Assembly (NCBI GenBank): GCA_046703965.1
Contig: JBJKSR010000010.1
Coordinates: 1-24,602 of the forward strand
Source: Gammaproteobacteria bacterium
Lineage (GTDB): Bacteria > Pseudomonadota > Gammaproteobacteria > JAKDMP01
Length of the DNA: 24,602 nt
Direction of reading: 5' to 3'
In this document: positions 16,159-24,602 of the stretch, piece after piece
Numbering within the stretch: position 1 is the first letter of the stretch
Layout of the letters: the number at the start of each line of letters is the position of its first letter
The notes under the pieces: model-generated
Told to the model about the DNA's origin: nothing
Databases searched by the model: none
What the model saw: only the letters and a program-made list of their open reading frames with translations
Translations under genes and position numbers: made by a program

Positions 16159-17160
16159 ATGACGATAACAAAACCTGCCAAAACGGAGCAAGATCCGCGG
16201 CCCCTGAGGGCTCCGACTCCGGCGGAAATCGCCGCGGCCCGCACCCGACTCGCTGACACCATCCGGACGACGCCGTCATGGGCGCCCGATGTCCTCGCCG
16301 AAGAACTGGGTTCGAAGGTGGTACTGAAGTGCGAGCAATTCCAGGCAACGGGAGCGTTCAAGGCGAGAGGTGCCTTGAATGCCGTGCGTTCGCTTACGCC
16401 CTCCCAGCTCCAGCGCGGGGTGACCACCCATTCCTCGGGAAACCACGGGCAGGCGTTGGCCTGGGCCGCCCGGTCCGCCGGTGCCCGCGCCAGGATCGTG
16501 GTGCCGGCCTCGGCGGTGGCGACCAAGCGCGCGGCCATCCGGTCCTGGGGCGCCGAAATCGTCGACTGCGGACCGACCCAGCAGGAACGCGAGGAGCGCC
16601 TGGCCGAGGTCGTGGTCGAGACCGGTGCGCTGGTGGTGCATCCCTACGACGACGGCCGGGTGATCGCGGGCCAGGCAACGGCGACGATCGAACTCCTGGA
16701 GGCGGAGCCGCGCCTGACCCGGCTGGTGGTGCCGGTGGGCGGCGGCGGCCTGGCCTCGGGCGCCATTCTCGGGGCACGCTGGATGGAGCGCGACATCGAG
16801 ATCGTCGGTGTCGAACCGGCCGGTGCCGACGATACCCGGCGCTCGCTCGAGGCCGGTCGTATCGAGGCGCTGGCGCGGGTCGACACGCTGGCCGACGGAC
16901 TCCGGGCGACGGTGGGCGAAGTGACGTTTCCGGTGCTGCAGTCCGGCCTGGCGGACCTGGTGACGGTGACCGACGAGGCCATGCTGGCCGCCATGCGCTG
17001 GATGGCGGAGGCGGCCAAGCTGTTGATCGAACCGTCGTCGGCCACGGTGATTGCGGCGCTGATGACGGGGGCCGTGGCCTGCGACGGCCTGACCGGCGCC
17101 ATCGTTTCCGGCGGCAACGTCGATTTCGCGGGTGAGGCCTGGCAGCGCGCGTTTGCCTGA
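16159..17160 (+). CDS. PLP-dependent Ser/Thr dehydratase / serine racemase family enzyme (no ACT domain)
   Basis: LKCEQFQATGAFKARGA (PLP Lys), HSSGNHGQA, HPYDD..VIAGQAT, VPVGGGGLASG, EPSSA, SGGNVD; SD GGAGG at 16147-16151 supports ATG 16159. Confidence 0.9.
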   Translation: MTITKPAKTEQDPRPLRAPTPAEIAAARTRLADTIRTTPSWAPDVLAEELGSKVVLKCEQFQATGAFKARGALNAVRSLTPSQLQRGVTTHSSGNHGQALAWAARSAGARARIVVPASAVATKRAAIRSWGAEIVDCGPTQQEREERLAEVVVETGALVVHPYDDGRVIAGQATATIELLEAEPRLTRLVVPVGGGGLASGAILGARWMERDIEIVGVEPAGADDTRRSLEAGRIEALARVDTLADGLRATVGEVTFPVLQSGLADLVTVTDEAMLAAMRWMAEAAKLLIEPSSATVIAALMTGAVACDGLTGAIVSGGNVDFAGEAWQRAFA

Positions 17161-17183
17161 GGCGAGGGCTGCGTATCAAACGC

Positions 17184-17212
17184 TTGCATGAATTGCGGCG
17201 CGGTGCCAGAAT
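17184..17212 (+). promoter_or_regulatory. Probable sigma70 promoter for the DUF2147 gene
   Basis: TTGCAT (17184-17189)-N17-CAGAAT (17207-17212), with the extended -10 TG at 17204-17205, 28 nt before ATG 17241. Confidence 0.5.
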
Positions 17213-17240
17213 CGAGCGCAGCCACCCCGAGTAATACGTC

Positions 17241-17792
17241 ATGCCCAAGCGCCTGCTGATCCTTTCCGCCGTTCTCCTGCTGATCCCCGCAGGGGCACTG
17301 GCCCAGTCCCCGGCCTCCACCGCGATGTCTGCCGCGCCGGCCGCCGGGGCGGGACCGTCCATGGCGGTGACCGGTGTGTGGAGGACGCCGAACGACAAGT
17401 CGCTCGTGCGCATCTACCGCAAGCCGGACGGGACGTTTGTCGGTCGGATCATCTGGCTCAAGAAGCCGACGTATCCGCCGGACTTCAAGAACAAGGCACT
17501 GGCCGGAAAGCCCAAGGTCGACCTGCACAACCCGGACAAGAAACTGCGTTCGCGTCCGGTGATGGGCATGGACGTGCTGACCGGGTTCAAGTATTCGCCC
17601 GCGCATCACGATTGGCGCAAGGGCAAGTGCTACGACCCCGAGGAAGGCAAGACATATACGTGCCGCATGTGGCTGAAAAACCATGACACATTGATGGTCC
17701 GCGGCTATGTCTGGATCTTCCACAAGACCCAGACCTGGCACCGCCACGTTCCGCCGCCGACCACGGCCGGCGCGGCAGCCACCGTGCAATAG
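17241..17792 (+). CDS. DUF2147 domain-containing exported protein
   Basis: Signal peptide (..IPAGALA), then G.W.T....V.I......G.I.WL, D.HNPD..LR.RP.MG..VL.GF, W..G.CYDPE.GKTY, L.VRGY, TQTW.R, matching DUF2147 as I recall the family. Confidence 0.85.
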   Translation: MPKRLLILSAVLLLIPAGALAQSPASTAMSAAPAAGAGPSMAVTGVWRTPNDKSLVRIYRKPDGTFVGRIIWLKKPTYPPDFKNKALAGKPKVDLHNPDKKLRSRPVMGMDVLTGFKYSPAHHDWRKGKCYDPEEGKTYTCRMWLKNHDTLMVRGYVWIFHKTQTWHRHVPPPTTAGAAATVQ

Positions 17793-17839
17793 CCGCGGCG
17801 CACGCGGGAAGAACGCCGCCCGCGCCCCGGAGGCGCCCG

Positions 17840-17848
17840 TGCTAGGCT
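17840..17848 (+). promoter_or_regulatory. Possible extended -10 (TGcTAGGCT) upstream of the M16 protease
   Basis: Matches TGnTAnnnT about 80 nt upstream of ATG 17930; no -35 recognisable. Confidence 0.3.
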
Positions 17849-17929
17849 AAGCCGGTACGCATGGATCGCGTCGTACGCTCCGGCGGCACGGGCACCCATG
17901 TTTTCGTTCATTCGATAGCAGGATTCGTG

Positions 17930-20641
17930 ATGCACAGGAAAGTGATATTCGGTCTTGCCCTGGCGGGCATGGTGCCGCTGGCGGCGTGTACTCCATCGTC
18001 TTCGGCAACGCATTCGGCTGCTGCGGCGCAGGGCACGGCGCCGGCGGCTGCGACGTCGGGTACCCGGGTCGTTCGCGCAACGCTCAAGAACGGTCTGCGG
18101 GTCGTCGTGGTGCGCGATCCCTTCGCACCGGTTGCCGCCCAGGAGATCACCTATCTCGTGGGCGCCAACGAAGCGCCGAAGGGGTTTCCGGGCATGGCGC
18201 ACGCGCAGGAGCACATGATGTTCCGCGGCGCACCGGGCCTTTCGCGGAACCAGCTCTCGGCGATCATGGCGCGCATGGGCGGGACGTTCGACGCCTTCAC
18301 GACCAACGACATTACGTCCTACTTCATGATCGTGCCCAAGGGCGACCTGGACGTGTCTCTCCACGTCGGCGCGGCGCGCATGGCGGGGGTCGACGATTCG
18401 GAAGCGCAATGGAAGGAAGAGCGCGGTGCCATCGAACAGGAAGTTGCACGGGACTACTCGTCGCCCATTTACATGCTCGAGAAAAAGATGCTGGCGCACC
18501 TGTTCGCCGGTACCCCGTACGCGCACGATGCGCTCGGCACCAAGCCGTCGTTCGACAAGACCACCGGTGCGATGCTCAAGAAATTCCATCAGGCCTGGTA
18601 TGCCCCGAACAATGCCCTGCTGGTGGTGACCGGCGACGTCGACCCCCGGGCCGTGATCGCCAGGGTGAAGAAACTGTACGGCAAGATCCCGGCCAAGAAA
18701 CTCCCCGTGAAGCCCAAGGTAACGCTGGCACCGGTCGCGGCGACGACGTTTACGACCCCGTCCGACCAGCCTTATGGTCTGGTCCTGGTGAGCTTCCGCA
18801 TGCCGGGCTATAGCAGTCCCGATTATGCGGCGGCGCAACTTGCCGCCGATGCCCTGTCGTCCAAGCGCGGGCCGATCCAGGCACTGCGTTACCAGGGCAA
18901 GGCGCTCGCCGCGGGCTTCTATTACCAGGCCAAGGTCGGGACAGGCCTCGCGTTTGCCTACGCCGTCTATCCGCCGGGCGGGAACGTCGAGAAGGTGAAG
19001 CAGGCCCTGACTGGCGCCATCGAGAAGGTGCGCAAGAGCGGGATCGCATCGGATCTGGTCACGGCGTCTAAGCGCCGCGCGTTGCTCCAACATGAACTGC
19101 AGCGAAACTCGATTTTCGGATTGGCCCGGACCTGGACGAACGCTCTCGCCCTGGCCGGACTCAATTCGCCCTCCGAGGCGCTCGAGCGGTTACGCTCGGT
19201 CACGCCGCAGCAAGTGAACGCTCAGGTAAAGCAACGCCTGGACCTCGATCATGCCATCACCCTCATCGCGCAGCCGACGCCGGGCACGAAGCCGAGGGGG
19301 GGCCAAGGCTACGGCGGCAAGGAATCATTCACGAGCAAGCCGACGGGCAAGGTGACGCTCCCGAAATGGGCGGAGAAATCGCTTGCCCAGCTTCCTCATC
19401 CCGAGCCTTTCCTGCATCCCGCGGATACGACGCTGCCGAATGGCATCCGGTTGATCGTCCAGCCGTTGCACGTGAGCCATTCGGTAAGCCTTTACGGCGT
19501 GGTGAATCAAAACGAGGACCTCCAGGCGCCGAAAGGACAGGAGGGCGTGGGCGATCTTCTCGGCGCGCTCTTCGACTGGGGGCCCAAGGGCATGACGCGA
19601 CTTCAGTTCGATACCGCGCAGGACAAGATCGGTGCCAATCTCTCGGTCGGGCCCGACTTCTCGCTCCAGGTCTTGCCCCGGTATTTCGACGCCGGCGTGA
19701 AGCTGCTCGCGAAGGACATGCTTGATCCGGCCCTGCCGGAGCAGGCTCTGAAGCAGCAGCGTTTCCTGCAGGCCCGGCAGGCGGCGGGGCAGGTGCAGAG
19801 CCCGCAGTTCAAGTTCGACCGCGCGGTCCAGAAGGCGCTTTTACCCAAGGGCGACCCCGCACTCCGTCTGTCGACCGCGAAGTCCATCGGCTCGCTGGAT
19901 CGCAAGAAGCTGGAGGCCTATTACGCCAAGGCGTACCGGCCGGACGAAACCAGCATCGTCGTGATCGGCGACATTACGCCGGCGGCCGCGAAAAAGGCGG
20001 TGGAGAAATACTTCGGCGACTGGAAGGCCACCGGCAAGAAGCCGGACCTCGACTATCCGCCCGTACCGCCGTCGAAGCCATCGAACACTTTCGTGCCCGA
20101 TCCGCAGAAGAAGCAGGACCAGGTGGTGTTGGCCGAGACGCTGGGCCTCAATTACACGAATCCCGAGCACTTCGCGCTTGATCTGGCGAACGACTATCTC
20201 TCGGGCGGGTTCTACGCTACGCCGCTGTTTCGCGTGCTGCGCGAGAAGCTCGGCCTGGTGTACAGCGTCGGGGCGAGCTTCAATTTCGACCGTCACCGCG
20301 GCAATTTCCAGCTCAGTTACGGTTCCTATCCCGACAAGGTCGACCAGGCGCGCAAGGCGGCGATCAAGGTGCTGAAGCAGGTGGCCGCGAAGCCCCTGAC
20401 CTCCGGCCAACTGCACTTGGCCAAGTCCATCGGGTTGCGCCGGATCCAGCTCGGCCAGCAAAGCGTCGGCGGGATCGCCCAGGGCTGGCTCAATCGCAGC
20501 ACCGAGGGCCTGCCGCTCGACTGGAATTACGTGATGGCGCACCACTTCGAGACGCTGACGGCGCCGGAGATACACCAGGCGCTGCAGCAATACTTCGATC
20601 CCGCACGGCTCTCGACCATCGTGCTCGGTCAGAAGCCGTAA
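17930..20641 (+). CDS. M16 family (insulinase/PqqL-like) zinc protease, predicted lipoprotein
   Basis: Lipobox LAA-C20 after MHRKVIFGLALAGMVP; TLKNGLRVVV, inverted zinc motif HAQEH plus a distal Glu in ERGAIEQE (75 residues after the second His), WYAPNNA.LVVTGD. The second half restarts TTLPNGIRLIV without the zinc motif. 903 aa. Confidence 0.92.
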   Translation: MHRKVIFGLALAGMVPLAACTPSSSATHSAAAAQGTAPAAATSGTRVVRATLKNGLRVVVVRDPFAPVAAQEITYLVGANEAPKGFPGMAHAQEHMMFRGAPGLSRNQLSAIMARMGGTFDAFTTNDITSYFMIVPKGDLDVSLHVGAARMAGVDDSEAQWKEERGAIEQEVARDYSSPIYMLEKKMLAHLFAGTPYAHDALGTKPSFDKTTGAMLKKFHQAWYAPNNALLVVTGDVDPRAVIARVKKLYGKIPAKKLPVKPKVTLAPVAATTFTTPSDQPYGLVLVSFRMPGYSSPDYAAAQLAADALSSKRGPIQALRYQGKALAAGFYYQAKVGTGLAFAYAVYPPGGNVEKVKQALTGAIEKVRKSGIASDLVTASKRRALLQHELQRNSIFGLARTWTNALALAGLNSPSEALERLRSVTPQQVNAQVKQRLDLDHAITLIAQPTPGTKPRGGQGYGGKESFTSKPTGKVTLPKWAEKSLAQLPHPEPFLHPADTTLPNGIRLIVQPLHVSHSVSLYGVVNQNEDLQAPKGQEGVGDLLGALFDWGPKGMTRLQFDTAQDKIGANLSVGPDFSLQVLPRYFDAGVKLLAKDMLDPALPEQALKQQRFLQARQAAGQVQSPQFKFDRAVQKALLPKGDPALRLSTAKSIGSLDRKKLEAYYAKAYRPDETSIVVIGDITPAAAKKAVEKYFGDWKATGKKPDLDYPPVPPSKPSNTFVPDPQKKQDQVVLAETLGLNYTNPEHFALDLANDYLSGGFYATPLFRVLREKLGLVYSVGASFNFDRHRGNFQLSYGSYPDKVDQARKAAIKVLKQVAAKPLTSGQLHLAKSIGLRRIQLGQQSVGGIAQGWLNRSTEGLPLDWNYVMAHHFETLTAPEIHQALQQYFDPARLSTIVLGQKP

Positions 20642-20647
20642 TCCGCT

Positions 20648-20683
20648 TGAGGCGACAGGTGTCTTGCAGCGCCTGTCGCCTCA
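20648..20683. terminator. Hairpin between convergent genes (possible bidirectional terminator or processing stem)
   Basis: TGAGGCGACAGG (20648-20659) / CCTGTCGCCTCA (20672-20683), perfect 12-bp stem; no clear U-tract either way. Confidence 0.55.
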
Positions 20684-20701
20684 CGCCATAGGCCATAGTT
20701 G

Positions 20702-21499
<798 letters not shown>

Positions 21500-21560
21500 T
21501 GCGGGATCTCCTCGAACCGGCCTCCATGATAATCGCTCCGCACGGTGGCAAAATACGACC

Positions 21561-22649
21561 ATGAAGCGCAAGACTGCCGCAGGTCCCGGGATCGATACAC
21601 CGCACCTTGACGAGCGGGCGCAGGCTGTCCTGCGGGGGCTGATCGAGCGCTACGCCAGCGAGGGGCAGCCCGTCGGATCGCGAATCCTGTCGCGTGATCT
21701 CGGCCTCGGACTGTCGCCCGCCAGTATCCGCAACGTGATGGCCGACCTCGAGGATATGGGCCTGATCAGCTCGCCCCACGTATCGGCCGGGCGCGTGCCG
21801 ACGCGGCGGGGGTACCGGGTGTTCGTCGACAGCCTGCTCAAGATCGAACCGTTGGCACCCACCCAGCTCAAGCGCCTGCGCGAAGGCCTGAAACCGCCCG
21901 AGGAGGGTGCCGGGCAGATGGCGGGGGAGGTTTCGCGCATGGTCTCGAAGATGACGCGCATGGCCGGCCTGGTCACGGTGCCGCGGCGCAACAGCGCCGC
22001 ATGGCGACACATCGAGTTCCTGCGCCTTTCGGACCGCCGGGTACTGGCCATACTCGTGCTCGACGACCGCGAGGTCCAGAACCGCGTGCTCGAGTTCGAC
22101 GAGGACTACGCGCCGGAGGTGCTGACCGCGGCGGCCAACTACCTCAACGAGCTGTTCGCGGGGCGTCCGCTGAGCACCGTGCGCAGTGGTCTGGTGGAAG
22201 CGATGCGCGACGACATGCGAAACCTCAACGAGTTGGCGCAGAAGGCCCTGACCCTGGGCGAGCGCATGTTCAGTTTCGAGGACTCGGACAAGGCGGATTA
22301 CGTGATCACCGGGGAGACCAACCTGATGGGGTTCTCCGAGCTGGCGGACCTCGACCGGCTGAAGGCCCTGTTCGAGGCCTTCAACCGCAAGCAGGAAATC
22401 CTGGCGGTGCTCGATCGTGCGATCGCCGCGCCCGGCGTACAGATCTTCATCGGCGAGGAATCGGGTTACTCGGTGCTCGGGGACCTGTCGGTCGTCGTGT
22501 CGAGCTATGGAAGCGAGGATCGGCCGCTGGGCGTCGTCGGCGTGATCGGTCCCACCCGCATGGCCTATCAGCGCGTTATTCCGGTCGTCGACGTCACGGC
22601 GAGGCTGCTGGGCTCGGCGCTCGGCGGAGAAGAAGCGGGTTCCGCCTAG
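21561..22649 (+). CDS. hrcA: Heat-inducible transcription repressor HrcA
   Basis: LDERAQAVLRGLIERY...GQPVGSR, SPASIRNVMADLE.MGL..SPHVSAGRVPT..GYRVFVD, IFIGEESG, GVIGPTRMAY.RVIP.V; precedes grpE-dnaK. Confidence 0.97.
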   Translation: MKRKTAAGPGIDTPHLDERAQAVLRGLIERYASEGQPVGSRILSRDLGLGLSPASIRNVMADLEDMGLISSPHVSAGRVPTRRGYRVFVDSLLKIEPLAPTQLKRLREGLKPPEEGAGQMAGEVSRMVSKMTRMAGLVTVPRRNSAAWRHIEFLRLSDRRVLAILVLDDREVQNRVLEFDEDYAPEVLTAAANYLNELFAGRPLSTVRSGLVEAMRDDMRNLNELAQKALTLGERMFSFEDSDKADYVITGETNLMGFSELADLDRLKALFEAFNRKQEILAVLDRAIAAPGVQIFIGEESGYSVLGDLSVVVSSYGSEDRPLGVVGVIGPTRMAYQRVIPVVDVTARLLGSALGGEEAGSA

Positions 22650-22769
22650 GCCACCTTTCGCAGAGGAAGTCGACCAGAGCCCGAACACGGCGGGACCGGT
22701 GGAGCCTGATGCAACGTCGGGCCGGGCCCGGCGCCGGATACCGGGGGGCGGTCGAGCGGCGGATTGCGA

Positions 22770-22797
22770 CTTGAACCCCGGGAATTCATCCCCAGAA
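22770..22797 (+). promoter_or_regulatory. Sigma32 (RpoH)-type promoter of grpE
   Basis: CTTGAA (22770-22775)-N14-CCCCAGAA (22790-22797), versus consensus CTTGAA-N13-17-CCCCATnT, upstream of a heat-shock gene. Confidence 0.75.
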
Positions 22798-22838
22798 AGG
22801 TATTTAAGACGTCTTTTCCACGTTTTACAGGAGAGCAT

Positions 22839-23372
22839 ATGACGAAGGACCCGGAGCACAGGACCGAGGCCCACGATAGCGGCGCGGCCGAACAAATCGA
22901 CAATCCGGAGGCCGCGGTGCCGGCCGACCTGGAAGCGCTGAAGGCCGAGGCGGAAGCGGAGCGCGACCGTTCGCTGCGCCTGGCCGCCGAGATGGAAAAC
23001 GTCCGCCGGCGAGCCGCGCGCGAGCTGGAGAGCACGCGCCGCTATGCCCTGGAGCGCTTCGCGGCCGAGCTGCTGCCGGTGGCGGACAGCCTGGAGCTGG
23101 CTCTGGCGTCGGCCGACGATGTGCCGGAGGGGCTGGAAATGACGCTCAAGCTCCTGCATGACATCCTGGCGCGGCATCACATCGAGTCGGTGGCGCCGGC
23201 CGAGGGCGATGCCTTCGATCCCGAGCTGCACGAGGCGATGGCGACCCAGCCGAGCGAAAGAATGGCGCCGGACCGCGTCCTGCAGCTTATCCAGAAGGGC
23301 TACCGCCTGCACGACCGGCTGTTGCGCCCGGCGCGGGTGATCGTGTCCAGGGCGCCGGACCACGGCGCTTGA
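22839..23372 (+). CDS. grpE: Nucleotide exchange factor GrpE
   Basis: LRLAAEMENVRRR, ERFAAELLPVADSLE, GDAFDPELHEAM, QKGYRLHDRLLRPARVIV; SD AGGAG at 22829-22833 supports ATG 22839. Confidence 0.97.
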   Translation: MTKDPEHRTEAHDSGAAEQIDNPEAAVPADLEALKAEAEAERDRSLRLAAEMENVRRRAARELESTRRYALERFAAELLPVADSLELALASADDVPEGLEMTLKLLHDILARHHIESVAPAEGDAFDPELHEAMATQPSERMAPDRVLQLIQKGYRLHDRLLRPARVIVSRAPDHGA

Positions 23373-23396
23373 AAGGCGGGCGGGTCGACCCCAGAT
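23368..23396 (+). promoter_or_regulatory. Sigma32 (RpoH)-type promoter of dnaK
   Basis: CTTGAA (23368-23373)-N15-CCCCAGAT (23389-23396); the -35 contains the grpE stop codon. Confidence 0.75.
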
Positions 23397-23449
23397 AGTC
23401 GTCAACAACGGTTTTTTCACCCATTGCAGAACACCAGCGGAGAGTATTC

Positions 23450-24602
<1,153 letters not shown>

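Noticed and set aside
21500-23449. CIRCE operator (TTAGCACTC-N9-GAGTGCTAA) expected near hrcA/grpE/dnaK
   Set aside because: Not found by eye. Its absence is unsurprising because proteobacterial HrcA usually acts at groESL while dnaK is RpoH-driven. The TTAGCA near 5767 lacks the rest of the motif.

Overview
High-GC (roughly two-thirds by eye) chromosomal window, most likely from a gammaproteobacterium (dnaE-accA-tilS and yoaA-tsaB gene orders, hrcA-grpE-dnaK with sigma32-type promoters). Gene order: dnaE (3' part)-accA-tilS-acs (+); a minus-strand run pckG -> prc paralog 2 -> prc paralog 1 -> secreted 172-aa hypothetical; yoaA/dinG-like helicase-tsaB-orn (+); a rhodanese (-) head-to-head with a PLP Ser/Thr dehydratase; DUF2147 and an M16 zinc-protease lipoprotein (+); a YdfG-like SDR (-); hrcA-grpE-dnaK (5' part) (+). 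I found no rRNA, tRNA, CRISPR array, transposase or phage gene. Most of the window is housekeeping. The best candidate for an undescribed system is the tandem pair of full-length Prc/Tsp proteases: they share an unusual Cys-pair/PPAPA C-terminal appendage, one copy has remodelled PDZ and active-site-flanking motifs, and an uncharacterised secreted protein follows them. The other notable signals are a 9-unit heptamer array that encodes the SDR C-terminus, stops all three frames and has an inverted copy at the end of the convergent gene; two sigma32-like promoters sharing a CCCCAGA -10 variant; and strongly basic exported proteins, a possible acidophile signature. All assignments come from motif recognition by eye; no database search was run.
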